DNA of 64,000 bases from Candidatus Omnitrophota bacterium (GTDB lineage Bacteria > Omnitrophota > Omnitrophia > Omnitrophales > Aquincolibacteriaceae). The position numbers and the translations under genes are program-made. A model generated the notes under the pieces. The model was not told the origin of the DNA and did no database searches. It saw only the letters and a list, made by a program, of their open reading frames with translations. Positions 27,074 to 37,348 of this stretch are shown here, piece after piece. Positions within the stretch are counted from its first letter, which is position 1. Every line of letters starts with the position of its first letter. The DNA lies in the NCBI GenBank assembly GCA_043732705.1, contig JAYTHE010000002.1, positions 127,608 to 191,607 on the forward strand, read 5' to 3'.

Positions 27074-28129
27074 TTATTTTGTTAATGAATGCGAACTGTC
27101 GGAATCGCTCTTAAGACCCTTGATGTAAGTTACTAAAGCCAAAATTTGTTCTTCATCAACCTGACCTTTATAAGTTGGCATTAATGCGTTATATCCCTGC
27201 ACCATTTTTTCGGAAGGGGTCAAAATGGATTCACGAATATAAGTTTCATTCGCGAGAGTCGTCTGGCCGTTATCTAAAATAACTTTTTTTCCGAACAGTC
27301 CGGCAAGATCAGGGCCCATGGAACCGGAAGTTGCGCTGTGGCATGAGTTGCACTTTAATTCGCTAAAGAGTTTCTTGCCATGCTCTTCTAATGTACCGTC
27401 ATTTGAAAGAGTCACGATATTTTGAGTCACCGTTGAATTTAGAGCGACTTGAGCGTTTTGATGGGTATTGGCATCCGCAAGGACCACCGCCGCAGTCGGA
27501 TTTTTGATGCGTTCAGCCAGCCAGTTTTTATATTTGGCTTCTTCCATGACCACAATCGATCCGATCATTTCAGAGTGCTTGGTCCCGCAAAATTCAGCGC
27601 AAAATAAATGAAAAGTGCCCGTCTTAGTAGCTTGAAACCATGCGAAAGTATATTTACCCGGAACCGCGTCAGATTTGATACGGAAAGCCGGCATAAAGAA
27701 GCTATGAATGACGTCTTCGGATGTAATCGTGAGTTTGATGGGGGTATTGATAGGTACATGCAATTCATTCATTTCACGCGGGCCTTCGCCGTGCTGAATT
27801 TTCCACATCCACTGTTTGCCGACTACGAAGATATCCATCGCGTTGTCAGGAATACGCATTTCTTTAAAATAAACCGAAACGCCCCACCCGAACATGAAGA
27901 CGGTGATTAAGAGCGGAATTCCGGACCAAACGATTTCTAAAAGCAAATTACCATGAACCGCTTCAGGCATGCGTTCATCGCGTTTGCGGTATTTAATCGA
28001 AAAGTAAATAACCAGACCCACAACGAGAACGGTAAAGAAAAGGCTGACAGCCAACATAAAAATATAAATGTTGTCGACCTCAGGCGCGAATGTGCTGGCT
28101 TGTACGGGTAATCCCGGGAAATGACTCAT
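27074..28129 (-). CDS. coxB: cytochrome c oxidase subunit II with C-terminal cytochrome c domain (caa3 type)
   Basis: CuA site [17 protein letters not shown]-terminal CNSCHS heme c motif. Confidence 0.85.
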   Translation of the reverse strand: MSHFPGLPVQASTFAPEVDNIYIFMLAVSLFFTVLVVGLVIYFSIKYRKRDERMPEAVHGNLLLEIVWSGIPLLITVFMFGWGVSVYFKEMRIPDNAMDIFVVGKQWMWKIQHGEGPREMNELHVPINTPIKLTITSEDVIHSFFMPAFRIKSDAVPGKYTFAWFQATKTGTFHLFCAEFCGTKHSEMIGSIVVMEEAKYKNWLAERIKNPTAAVVLADANTHQNAQVALNSTVTQNIVTLSNDGTLEEHGKKLFSELKCNSCHSATSGSMGPDLAGLFGKKVILDNGQTTLANETYIRESILTPSEKMVQGYNALMPTYKGQVDEEQILALVTYIKGLKSDSDSSHSLTK

Positions 28130-28214
28130 AATTTTTTAGCCCAATGACCTTATTTTATTCTAATTAAAAATACCCAATTGTATTTCAAGCTGTTCGAAAC
28201 AAAAGTATTCCGGC

Positions 28215-29066
28215 TCAGCGCGGAACCGAACTGCGCCGGCCGATTTTTTCGTTTTTTAAACTTCCAATAATAAACCAGGCAAGCAAAAGGACGGTTAAGC
28301 CTCCGCCCACGCGCAAAATTTCATCGACGGCCATACTGTATTTACCCTTAGTCGGGTTGTAGTGATAGCAAATCAAAAGAATCTGGTCCCAAAAAGAACC
28401 GACTTTGCCGTTAGCGGCTTCAATCAGCGCAAGTTTGACGCTGCGCGGATCGAAGTCAATCCCGCCCATATAACGCATAATTTTTCCTTCCGGGCTCAAA
28501 AAAAGTAAAACCGCGGAATGAACATATTCGCCCGAGGCTGGGTCTTTTTCATATTTAAAACCCACGCTTTTGGATAAAGAACGGATGGCTTTTTCATCAC
28601 CCGTAAGAAAGGTAACCAGGCGCGCGTGCTGGCGCGTAGTGTAATCCTTAAGAAACTCAGCTTTTTTTGCGGCGGCATTGGCAGTTGTATCATTCGGATT
28701 AATGGAATAAACAATCAGGTCAAAATCACCATTCGTTAAAAGATCCATTTTGCTTAAGCCTTTCGCGAGCCCTTTGAGAACAAGCTGGCAAAGCATCGGA
28801 CAGGTGTAATAAACCGGCACAAGAATAACCGGCTTATCGGTGAAAAGGGTGTTGAGCAAGATGGGTTTGCCCGTATCCGTTGTCCACGGAGTGTCGAGTG
28901 CGGCCATGGCATCCAGGCGATGTTCAATGCCTGTTTTTTTCAACATCTCTTCCTGCGGTCCGGCATTTGCGGACGCAACTAAGAACAACGGGCAAAGGGC
29001 AAGAGACAAAGCGGCTGCTTTTAACCACTTTGTTCCTTGTTCTTTATTCGTTGAGCTAATCTTCAT
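28215..29066 (-). CDS. SCO1/SenC family copper chaperone (thioredoxin-like)
   Basis: PVYYTCPMLC CxxxC motif. Signal peptide and C-terminal TM. Confidence 0.65.
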   Translation of the reverse strand: MKISSTNKEQGTKWLKAAALSLALCPLFLVASANAGPQEEMLKKTGIEHRLDAMAALDTPWTTDTGKPILLNTLFTDKPVILVPVYYTCPMLCQLVLKGLAKGLSKMDLLTNGDFDLIVYSINPNDTTANAAAKKAEFLKDYTTRQHARLVTFLTGDEKAIRSLSKSVGFKYEKDPASGEYVHSAVLLFLSPEGKIMRYMGGIDFDPRSVKLALIEAANGKVGSFWDQILLICYHYNPTKGKYSMAVDEILRVGGGLTVLLLAWFIIGSLKNEKIGRRSSVPR

Positions 29067-29455
29067 GACTTCCTTACAGAAAAACCTTGCTTGAGAGCGT
29101 CTTGAATAGCTGCATCAATTTTTTTATTTGCATCAAATGCATTCATTTCCTGGTGGAATTTTTCTAATTCACCGCCGGGATGAACTTCAACCAAAATTTC
29201 CGGCACCATGGTTTGAGTTTGGGCAACGGTGGCGCCGTTGCCGCTGTCGGCTTTATTCCACATATATTTAGTGAAAGGTATCATGGATAAACTAATACTG
29301 AAAAGAATGGCAAGCACAATCAGCCCCATAACCACAATCGCGCGGTTATCAGTGTCGCTCTTTTCGTAACGGATAGTATCGTTTTCGCGGCTGTCGTGGT
29401 GCATCTCGTTAGAAGCGGCCTTGTTCCCGTGTTGTGGTTCAAAGTTATTATTCAT
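29063..29455 (-). CDS. hypothetical single-TM protein between act and cox operons
   Basis: One TM helix (AIVVMGLIVLAILFSISLSMIPF). No recognisable domain. Possibly an accessory subunit. Confidence 0.4.
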   Translation of the reverse strand: MNNNFEPQHGNKAASNEMHHDSRENDTIRYEKSDTDNRAIVVMGLIVLAILFSISLSMIPFTKYMWNKADSGNGATVAQTQTMVPEILVEVHPGGELEKFHQEMNAFDANKKIDAAIQDALKQGFSVRKS

Positions 29456-29510
29456 AAAAATTTTCTTAAGTTACAAAGCGCTTTGTTGGTTCCGCTTCTA
29501 ACGGGACTCA

Positions 29511-30659
29511 TCAGTGATGCTCCTCGGCAGTCCAAATCGGATCCTGTTTAAACGTTAAAGGTGTGCGCGCTAATTGGCGCATCACAAAACCCAGCCAGAT
29601 TGAACCTAACGTGATCCAGCAGGCAAAGTCGAGCCAAGACATTGTAAAATGGGGATAATGCGTCGGCTTAACCTGCCAGATTAAATCCAGCCAGCGGATA
29701 ACAAGAATTAAACAGGCAACTTTGACAAGTCTCTCGGTTTTTCGTTTTACAAAGCGCATCAGCAGCAAAAAGAAAGGCGTAACAAATTGGAAAAGGAAAA
29801 CAAAAGTAATTAAATATTCCCAGCCGCCGCGTGAGCGGTGAATGTACCAAGCCGCTTCGGAGGGTTGATTAGCTGACCAGATAATAATGAACTGTGAAAC
29901 TGAAGTATAGGCCCAGAGCATGACCGTTGCGAAAAGCAAAGTTCCAAGGTCGTGCAGGCGGTCAATTGATAAAACAGTTTGCATTGAGTTATTATTTTCT
30001 TTGCGCAGGAAAACCGTCACGATGATTGCAAAAGCTAAAGCGGACATCGCAAAGTGCACGCCGAAGATCGCGCCATAAATCGTCGAAAACCAGTTGGGTT
30101 CAAGCGACATACCCCAATCAAAAGCGCCGAAGGTCACAGTTAAAGCATACAAAACCATTCCGACGCCGCCGTAACCGGTCAGTCGGTGCAATGTTTTCGG
30201 ATTGGGTGTTTCATCCTGAATAGCAGAGTGTTTGCGAAGCTTACACGCAAGAAAAATCCAAACTGCAAAGTAAATTGCAAAACGCGCTAAAAAGAAAGGT
30301 GTGTTCAAATAAAGTTTTTGCACATCATGATGGGTGCCGTTGGGCTGAAGCCAAACATATAAAGTTTTTAAATTGAGGGCGATGGGAATAAAAAGCAATG
30401 CACAAAGCGGCAATGCTTTCAAAACAGTTTCTTGTGTGCGGCGAATAACAAAGCCCCAGCCGCCCCAAGTTAAATGCTGGATCATGGTCAGCGGGAAGCA
30501 GCCGACAGTCAGTCCCAAAATATAAATCCAAGCAACCAAATAAGCATTTGCGAAAGCTTCAGGCTGTTTCCACCAGCCGAAAGCGCAAAGCAGAATACCG
30601 ATCCCACCGGTGATAAAGGCCTTATTTGAAAGCTGTTCGAATTTTTTTGCTGTTTCCAT
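29511..30659 (-). CDS. actF: alternative complex III subunit ActF (NrfD/PsrC-like membrane protein)
   Basis: Polytopic membrane protein paralogous to the ActC ORF. Position after actE. Confidence 0.65.
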   Translation of the reverse strand: METAKKFEQLSNKAFITGGIGILLCAFGWWKQPEAFANAYLVAWIYILGLTVGCFPLTMIQHLTWGGWGFVIRRTQETVLKALPLCALLFIPIALNLKTLYVWLQPNGTHHDVQKLYLNTPFFLARFAIYFAVWIFLACKLRKHSAIQDETPNPKTLHRLTGYGGVGMVLYALTVTFGAFDWGMSLEPNWFSTIYGAIFGVHFAMSALAFAIIVTVFLRKENNNSMQTVLSIDRLHDLGTLLFATVMLWAYTSVSQFIIIWSANQPSEAAWYIHRSRGGWEYLITFVFLFQFVTPFFLLLMRFVKRKTERLVKVACLILVIRWLDLIWQVKPTHYPHFTMSWLDFACWITLGSIWLGFVMRQLARTPLTFKQDPIWTAEEHH

Positions 30660-30663
30660 AAAG

Positions 30664-31215
30664 TTAAGCCGTCTTCTTTTCTGACGAGGTATCGATTCGT
30701 CCTAAGGTTTGAACGTAAGCCGCGACATTCCAACGGTCTTCCGGGCTTAGTTCAGATTTAAATCCTGCCATGACATTGTAACCGTTGGTGATGACATCAA
30801 AGATTGAGCCGGGAGTGCGCGCTTTCACGTTCGCATGACTAAAAGGCAAAGGCTTTTTATAACCGCGGCGCACAACCATTCCATCTCCGGCGCCTGTCAC
30901 TCCGTGACAAACCAGACAGTAAATATTGTAACGGTCACGGCCGCGTTCAAGTGATGCGGCCGTGATCGGAAAAGGGAAATCTTTAGCGAATGAACCATCT
31001 TCAGTCTTACCGCGATAAAGATGGTTGTCTTCGCGCAAAAATCCTCGTGGAACTGTGCCGTCAATCAAATTGCGCGCTGTACTATTGTTTTCAAAGAAAG
31101 GTGTTTCTTCGTAAGGCTTGTAGCGATTACCGTCGCGCATGTTGTCACATGCTGACAACGTGACCATTGCAAGCAAACATGATAGCAACCAGATTGTATT
31201 TTTTTTCAAATGCAT
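30664..31215 (-). CDS. actE: alternative complex III subunit ActE (monoheme cytochrome c lipoprotein)
   Basis: Lipobox LSAC. Single CLVCHG heme-binding motif. Confidence 0.7.
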   Translation of the reverse strand: MHLKKNTIWLLSCLLAMVTLSACDNMRDGNRYKPYEETPFFENNSTARNLIDGTVPRGFLREDNHLYRGKTEDGSFAKDFPFPITAASLERGRDRYNIYCLVCHGVTGAGDGMVVRRGYKKPLPFSHANVKARTPGSIFDVITNGYNVMAGFKSELSPEDRWNVAAYVQTLGRIDTSSEKKTA

Positions 31216-31348
31216 AAATTTATTTAGCCCAAGACTTATAGCTTAAAGCTCAAAACCACAACCCAAAGTCCAAAACTGCTCGAACAGCTATTAGTTCTAA
31301 GCTGTGGTTTTAAGCTTTGACCTTTAAGTTTTAACCTCGAAGTTTATC

Positions 31349-31915
31349 TCAAGGATAAACTTCGCTGACTGCTTTCGGACTCAAACCCTGTAAAAAAGAT
31401 TTTGTTTGCTCTGTTTCAAATTTTTTATCAATTGAAGCAATAATCAAAAAGAAACCATCCGATGTGGCGCGTTCAAAATTCTGGGAATTAAAAACAGGAT
31501 GATAAGGGCGCGGCAAACCGCTGGAGCGCAATAAACTGATAAAACAGGTGAAGGCCGCAAAAAGCACGGTCATTTCAAAAGTAATGGGCAAAAACATCGG
31601 CCAGCTAAAAAGCTGACGGCCGCCGATATTCAGCGGGTAATTAAAAACGTGGCAAAAGGTAAGCATGCCAAAACCAAGGGATCCGCCCGTTATGCCGCCG
31701 ATTAATGTCGCGAGAGGAACGCGTGTTTTAGTGACACCCATATCTTCCGCGAGATTATGACTCGGAAAAGGGCTGTAAGCTTCCACATCTTGAAAACCGG
31801 CCTCGTACGTTTTTTTCGCGGCTTTGCGCAAAGCGCTTGGGCTGTCAAACTCGGCAATGAGGCCGTAGATTTTTCTTTCGTCCAGAATTGAGGGAACGTA
31901 ATTGAGTTCACCCAT
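31349..31915 (-). CDS. actD: alternative complex III subunit ActD (DUF3341)
   Basis: MGELNYVPSILDERKIYGLIAEFDSPSALRKAAKKTYEAGF. Start moved to the internal Met overlapping the actC stop. Confidence 0.65.
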   Translation of the reverse strand: MGELNYVPSILDERKIYGLIAEFDSPSALRKAAKKTYEAGFQDVEAYSPFPSHNLAEDMGVTKTRVPLATLIGGITGGSLGFGMLTFCHVFNYPLNIGGRQLFSWPMFLPITFEMTVLFAAFTCFISLLRSSGLPRPYHPVFNSQNFERATSDGFFLIIASIDKKFETEQTKSFLQGLSPKAVSEVYP

Positions 31916-33287
31916 GATGCGAAACTTCCTTTTTCTTTTCTTTGACAAGAGTTTGCATTTCAAAAATAGAAATCATCGGTAAAGAGCGGATAAACAAAAA
32001 CAAAAGAGTGAAGAAAAGTCCGATCGAACCGACAAAAGTCGCGATATCCCAAAACTTGGGATAATACATTCCCCAGGATGACGGCATAAAATCACGGTGA
32101 AGACCCATAACAATAATGACAAAACGTTCAAGCCACATTCCAATGTTAACAACGATAGTAATGATCCAAAGAATCTTGAGATTTTTACGGATAGCATCAA
32201 TCCAAAGCATTTGGGGGATAATGACGTTGCAGACAATGAGCGCCCAGTAGAAACCGGCATAAGGGCCGTAAAAGCGGTTCAGCATCATGAAGCGTTCATA
32301 TTTTTCGCCGCTGTACCAGGCAATAAAAGTTTCCAGAAAATAACCGTAAGCGACAATCAGTCCTGTCGTAATAATAACTTTGGCCATGTTATCGATATGC
32401 TTTTCGGTAATAAAGCCTTCCATGCCGAAAGCTTTGCGCAACGGAATGCAAATGGTAAGTACCATCGCGAAACCCGAGAATACCGCACCCGCAACGAAGT
32501 AGGGCGGGAAAACAGTTGTGTGCCAGCCGGGAATCATCGAAACAGCGAAGTCGAAACTTACAGTCGTATGAACTGAAAGAACGAGCGGTGCCGCGAGACC
32601 CGCGAGCAAAGTGCAGGCGGTTTCATAACGAAACCAATGGCGGGCCGATCCGCGCCATCCGAGCGCGAAGAAACCATAAATTCTTTTCAGCCAAAGCGGT
32701 TTCGCACGGTCGCGCATCGCACCTAAGTCGGGAATCAAACCTGTGTACCAGAAAAGTACAGATACCGAAGCATAAGTTGAAACCGCGAACACATCCCACA
32801 TCAGCGGACTGCGGAATTGCGGCCAAAGCCACATCGTATTCGGCAAAGGGAAAAGCCAGTACATACGGTCAGGACGGCCCAAATGAATTAAAGGGAACAT
32901 GCCGGCACAAGCAACGGAGAAAAGCGTCATCGCTTCGGAGAAACGGCTGATGGACATGCGCCATTTTTGTTTACAAAGCAAAAGGATCGCTGAAATAAAA
33001 GTTCCGGCATGGGCGATACCCACCCACCAAACGAAGTTGATAATATCAAATGCCCAACCGACGGGATTGTTGTTTCCCCAAATACCGATACCGCGATAAA
33101 AAAGCCAGCCTACCGAAACCATCAACAAACAAAGCAAAGTCATAGAAATCGCAAGGCCTGTGCCCCAGCCTTTTACAGCGGGACCAAGGACTGCACCCGT
33201 GATTTTTTGATTGATCGAGTCGTAGTTTAACTGCGGATCAAGTATTTTTTCTTCTGGATACGCAATTGTTCCGTCTTTGTCACTCAT
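31908..33287 (-). CDS. actC: alternative complex III subunit ActC (NrfD-family quinol-interacting membrane subunit)
   Basis: 459-aa polytopic membrane protein in the NrfD/PsrC polysulfide reductase family. Confidence 0.75.
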   Translation of the reverse strand: MSDKDGTIAYPEEKILDPQLNYDSINQKITGAVLGPAVKGWGTGLAISMTLLCLLMVSVGWLFYRGIGIWGNNNPVGWAFDIINFVWWVGIAHAGTFISAILLLCKQKWRMSISRFSEAMTLFSVACAGMFPLIHLGRPDRMYWLFPLPNTMWLWPQFRSPLMWDVFAVSTYASVSVLFWYTGLIPDLGAMRDRAKPLWLKRIYGFFALGWRGSARHWFRYETACTLLAGLAAPLVLSVHTTVSFDFAVSMIPGWHTTVFPPYFVAGAVFSGFAMVLTICIPLRKAFGMEGFITEKHIDNMAKVIITTGLIVAYGYFLETFIAWYSGEKYERFMMLNRFYGPYAGFYWALIVCNVIIPQMLWIDAIRKNLKILWIITIVVNIGMWLERFVIIVMGLHRDFMPSSWGMYYPKFWDIATFVGSIGLFFTLLFLFIRSLPMISIFEMQTLVKEKKKEVSHHG

Positions 33288-33335
33288 AAATGCCCCTGTC
33301 GGCGGTTGAGCTTTGCTCAGAGCCCAAAATTAACT

Positions 33336-36300
33336 TCATGCTGGCGATCCTGATTTAAATACGTCCGGGCTCAATGACGGTACTTCCGGGCCAGTCTCAA
33401 AGTTGAGCGCCGGATTCGGATTTTTAATTTTTGCTAAATAATTAACGCGCGGAAAAGTCGCGAGATCGGTCAAGATGCGATAGCTGACCGGTAGTGCGCG
33501 CAATTTTGAAAGCGCGCTTTCCGGATCTTTAAGATTACCAAAAGTAATGGCTTCAGTCGGACAAGCTGTTTGGCAGGCGGTTTTGATTTCGCCGTCCCGG
33601 ATGAGGCGGTTTTCTTTTTCCGATGTAATTCGCGCCTGATTAATTTTCTGAACACAGAACGTGCATTTTTCCATCACGCCGCGATTGCGTACCGTAACAT
33701 CAGGATTATGCATCAGCTTCAAAGCTTCACTGTGCTTATCGCGGTTGGTATACGCTAAGAAATTAAAGCGGCGAACCTTATAAGGGCAGTTATTAGCACA
33801 ATAACGTGTGCCGACGCAGCGGTTGTAAGCCATTTCATTTAAACCTTCGGGGCTATGCGTGGTCGCGCCGACGGGGCAAACCGTTTCGCAGGGCGCATTT
33901 TCACAATGCTGACACATCACAGGCTGCATGAGTGATTTTGCATCGTCCATATTACCTTCATAATAATGGTCAATGCGGATCCAATGCATTTCACGGCCGT
34001 TCGCGACTTCTGTTTTTCCGACAATAGGAATATTGTTTTCAGAGTTGCAGGAAATCACGCAGGCATTACAGCCAATGCAGGCATTTAAGTTAACCGCCAT
34101 ACCCCAAGCATAGTTGGGAGACGTTTCGCGTTTGGCTCCGGCATAAAAACTATTTTTCGCGACGGTGGAATTTTCTTCTTCTTCCACTTGTGCGAATTCG
34201 GGATTTTTTAAGAATGTTTCAAGCGTTGCAGTGCGTACAAGCTCGCGGTCTTCCATGCTTTGATGCAGCTGCGTGGAAGCGAGTTTCATATGCTTACCGG
34301 TTTTACGGACTTCAATTTGAGCTAGCCAAAAAGGCGAAGCTAAAGTTTGAAGGGCATAAACATTGGAGCCGGAACCCAAACCAATTTGTCCGCCGCGTGT
34401 GCGTCCATAACCAAGTGAAAGCGCGATGTTACCCGAAGTTTGTCCGGGCACAATATAAATAGGTGTTTCAATTTTATTGATACCGTTATCAATTTCAATG
34501 ATGTCGCCGTTGTGGACATTTAACTTTTCAGCCGAAGATGGGCTTAAAAGCGCCGCATTGTCCCAAGTTAACTTGGTGAAAGGCTTCGGCAACTCCTGAA
34601 GCCATGCATTGTTTGAAAACTGTCCGTCCCAAACACTTTCATCGGGGCGAATTGTCGCTTCCCATTCATTTTCGGGGAAGGGGCCGCTGAGTTCATCGGC
34701 GGTCCATTCTGATTTGGATGTTAAATTTTTGGCGGGGAAAGCGCTGTCTGCGATAAATCCGTCATGCAATGCGCGATGCCAGGCCTTGTCAAAACTTAAA
34801 CCTAATTTATCTTTCCAATAAGCCTTAACAGATTGTTCCGACGTTTTTCCTGATTCGCCTGCAAGCACTGCGAGCAATTCATGTTCGGAAATACCGTCAT
34901 AAAGCGGCAGGATGAGCGGTTGAATCATGGTCACGGTGCCGTCTGATGCGCGGCCATCCGAAAAATGTTCAAGAAAATGAGTTGCAGGAATATGCCACTG
35001 ACTGACTGCTGCAGTTTCATCCGCGTGCAAACCATGATGCGCAATGAAAGGTACTGAACCAAGGAGCTGTCCGAAAGGCAAATCTCCGGGAGCGGCATAA
35101 ACCGGGTTCACTCCGAGAATGAAAAGCGAAGAAACTTTTTTATCACGAATATCGGTTGCAAGCTGGGTTAAAGAAACTCCGTGTAAAACAGGGTCTTGTT
35201 CAATCGGTTCAACCCATTTGATTGTTTTGCCGGTATTACCGAGTTGATCATTGATTGCAAAAACCAAAGCCTGAATGCGGGCGGGCAATGTTTCACCGGC
35301 AAGCACAAGTGATTTTCCGGCTGCTCCGCGCAAATCTTTGGCTGCGATATCAAGCCAATGCTGTTCTTCGGTTGTGAGCTTCACGCTTGAAACCGGCTGG
35401 ATATTATTGACACCGACACGCTGCGCAAGGCTTTCAGCAACCGCGATCATTCTCGAAACTTTAGAGTGTAAAACATGGTCGGCCGCGGCGCCGGTTAAGG
35501 TGGGATCAGCTTCAACCACATAAAGACGGTTCATGTTTTTCTTTTCATATGCTTTGCGTTCGTGCGCGAACTCGCGCGCGTAACGCAAACTGCCGGGAAG
35601 ATTAATTAAAAAATTAGAGCCGATTGAAAAAATAACATCGGCTTTTTTAAAATCATAAACCGGATCGGCATATTCTTTAAAAGCCACTTTTTGCGCACGG
35701 CGCGATTCGTCGATATTTACGGGGTCATAACGATGCCATTTTGCTTTTGGAAAACGCGCGAGCACTTGTTTGATTTGAGCGCCGAGAGTCGGGGAAGTGA
35801 TCGTGCTCGTTAAAATGCGGAGACCTTCGCCGCCGTTTGCATCCCATTCTTTTAATTTCTTTTCAACTTCGGAAGTAAAAGATTTCCAGCTCGCGTTTTG
35901 GCCGGATTTTAAAACGACCTTGGAACGGTCTGGATCATAAAGCCCGAGTACTGCGGCTTGGTGGAAAAGGCTGGTTGCGCCTAAACTGTCGGCATGTTCA
36001 GGGTTACCATCAATTTTTGTCGGACGGCCCATGTGGGATTCGACAAGTAATCCTGTGGTATGGCGGTTGAACGGCATTCCGGTCGCGTAATAAAGCGGTT
36101 TCCCGGGAATAATTTCTTCCGGCATTTTCACGTACGGCACGATTTTTTCGCGCGGCGGGGAACAGCCGGGCATGGCGGCAAGTAAAAGCGAAGCGCCCAT
36201 CAATTTCAAAAATTCGCGGCGGCTTGAAGGATCATTATCTTGCGCGGAACCATTCGGAAACTCTTCTTTCATGTAAGACATGAATTCCGGTGTTTCAGCA

Positions 36301-36389
36301 ACTTCTTCTAGCGAACGCCAAAGATTCTTGCCGGTTTTTTGTCCCATCTTTTCGCGCAGCCAATTTAAATTAAATCTTGAATCATTCAT
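33336..36389 (-). CDS. actB: alternative complex III subunit ActB (molybdopterin-oxidoreductase-like domain fused to 4Fe-4S ferredoxin domain), Tat signal
   Basis: Twin-arginine signal SRREFLKLMGASLL. Cys clusters CIGCNACVISC, CQHCENAPCETVCP, CVGTRYCANNCP. Track start 36464 (TTG) lies inside repeat B. A likely true start is near 36389 (MNDSRF..) or 36347. Confidence 0.8.
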   Translation of the reverse strand: MNDSRFNLNWLREKMGQKTGKNLWRSLEEVAETPEFMSYMKEEFPNGSAQDNDPSSRREFLKLMGASLLLAAMPGCSPPREKIVPYVKMPEEIIPGKPLYYATGMPFNRHTTGLLVESHMGRPTKIDGNPEHADSLGATSLFHQAAVLGLYDPDRSKVVLKSGQNASWKSFTSEVEKKLKEWDANGGEGLRILTSTITSPTLGAQIKQVLARFPKAKWHRYDPVNIDESRRAQKVAFKEYADPVYDFKKADVIFSIGSNFLINLPGSLRYAREFAHERKAYEKKNMNRLYVVEADPTLTGAAADHVLHSKVSRMIAVAESLAQRVGVNNIQPVSSVKLTTEEQHWLDIAAKDLRGAAGKSLVLAGETLPARIQALVFAINDQLGNTGKTIKWVEPIEQDPVLHGVSLTQLATDIRDKKVSSLFILGVNPVYAAPGDLPFGQLLGSVPFIAHHGLHADETAAVSQWHIPATHFLEHFSDGRASDGTVTMIQPLILPLYDGISEHELLAVLAGESGKTSEQSVKAYWKDKLGLSFDKAWHRALHDGFIADSAFPAKNLTSKSEWTADELSGPFPENEWEATIRPDESVWDGQFSNNAWLQELPKPFTKLTWDNAALLSPSSAEKLNVHNGDIIEIDNGINKIETPIYIVPGQTSGNIALSLGYGRTRGGQIGLGSGSNVYALQTLASPFWLAQIEVRKTGKHMKLASTQLHQSMEDRELVRTATLETFLKNPEFAQVEEEENSTVAKNSFYAGAKRETSPNYAWGMAVNLNACIGCNACVISCNSENNIPIVGKTEVANGREMHWIRIDHYYEGNMDDAKSLMQPVMCQHCENAPCETVCPVGATTHSPEGLNEMAYNRCVGTRYCANNCPYKVRRFNFLAYTNRDKHSEALKLMHNPDVTVRNRGVMEKCTFCVQKINQARITSEKENRLIRDGEIKTACQTACPTEAITFGNLKDPESALSKLRALPVSYRILTDLATFPRVNYLAKIKNPNPALNFETGPEVPSLSPDVFKSGSPA

Positions 36390-36437
36390 TTTTTTCCTTA
36401 AAACCCTGTCATGGCGAGGAGCTTGCGACGAAGCCAT

Positions 36438-36470
36438 CTCTAGATTGCTTCGCTTTGCTCGCAATGACAG
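36438..36470. repeat. palindromic intergenic repeat family B copy 1 (tgtcattgcgagcaaagcgaagcaatctag, minus orientation)
   Basis: 31/33 identical to 41452-41483 in inverted orientation. Generates the LRFARNDS peptide in spurious ORF 36280-36594. Confidence 0.75.
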
Positions 36471-36487
36471 CGATACTACTTTATCTG

Positions 36488-37138
36488 TTACCTATGGCAA
36501 GCACTGCAGTTTTGAACACTGCGCACTTTACCTTTTTGCATCAATTCGTGTTGAACTGCCGCGATATTTTCCGGTTTCTGCCAATGCATATTAAAGACCT
36601 GGTCTGTGGGTCTTAAATTTCCCTCAGGGTGACGATGGCATTCTAAGCACCAGCTCATTTGCAGCGTATTTTTTTTACGCATCAAAGGCATTTCATCTAC
36701 TTGTCCGTGGCAGGTTACACAGCTGACACCTTTTGATATATGGATACTGTGATTGAAATAAACGTGATCGGGAAGATCGTGCACGCGCCACCAATTCAGC
36801 GGTTTGCCGGTGCGCCAGCTTTCGCGGACAGGCGCAAGCGAGGGTGATTCTTTCCAAATAACATTGTGGCATTTCATACAAGTTGCGGTGGGTGGGATGC
36901 CGGCAAAAGATGATTTTTCAACGGAAGTGTGGCAAAAGCGGCAGTCAATGCCCACGTCTTTGACGTGATGTTTATGGCTAAAAGGGACAGGCTGCTCAAT
37001 CGAAACGCCTACCTTAGTAATATAGTTGGAGCGCATCCAGTAAAATAGGAAAGTTCCGATTCCGACAACAAAAAGAAGCGCCCCAATGATAGTGGCGCGC
37101 GCAATCGTGTTATCTCTCGGCGAAAATATTTGTTTCAT
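36488..37138 (-). CDS. actA: alternative complex III subunit ActA (pentaheme cytochrome c)
   Basis: Five CxxCH motifs (CRFCH, CMKCH, CVTCH, CLECH, CSACH) after an N-terminal TM anchor. Confidence 0.8.
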   Translation of the reverse strand: MKQIFSPRDNTIARATIIGALLFVVGIGTFLFYWMRSNYITKVGVSIEQPVPFSHKHHVKDVGIDCRFCHTSVEKSSFAGIPPTATCMKCHNVIWKESPSLAPVRESWRTGKPLNWWRVHDLPDHVYFNHSIHISKGVSCVTCHGQVDEMPLMRKKNTLQMSWCLECHRHPEGNLRPTDQVFNMHWQKPENIAAVQHELMQKGKVRSVQNCSACHR

Positions 37139-37348
37139 CTAGAATAAAAAAAAATGTTATGATTTCTATCTCGCCGGCGCAGAGCTTTGCGGCGGGTAAA
37201 TAGATTTAGGAAAGGGTGCATTGTACACAATTTCCTATTTTTTTCGAATACAAAATACAAATTTTTTTCAAATTCAATCAGATTGAATCTTAGCGCAACG
37301 CAATTTGAATTTGATGCGAAATAATTCAGTTTTTCAGGAGGAGAATTT

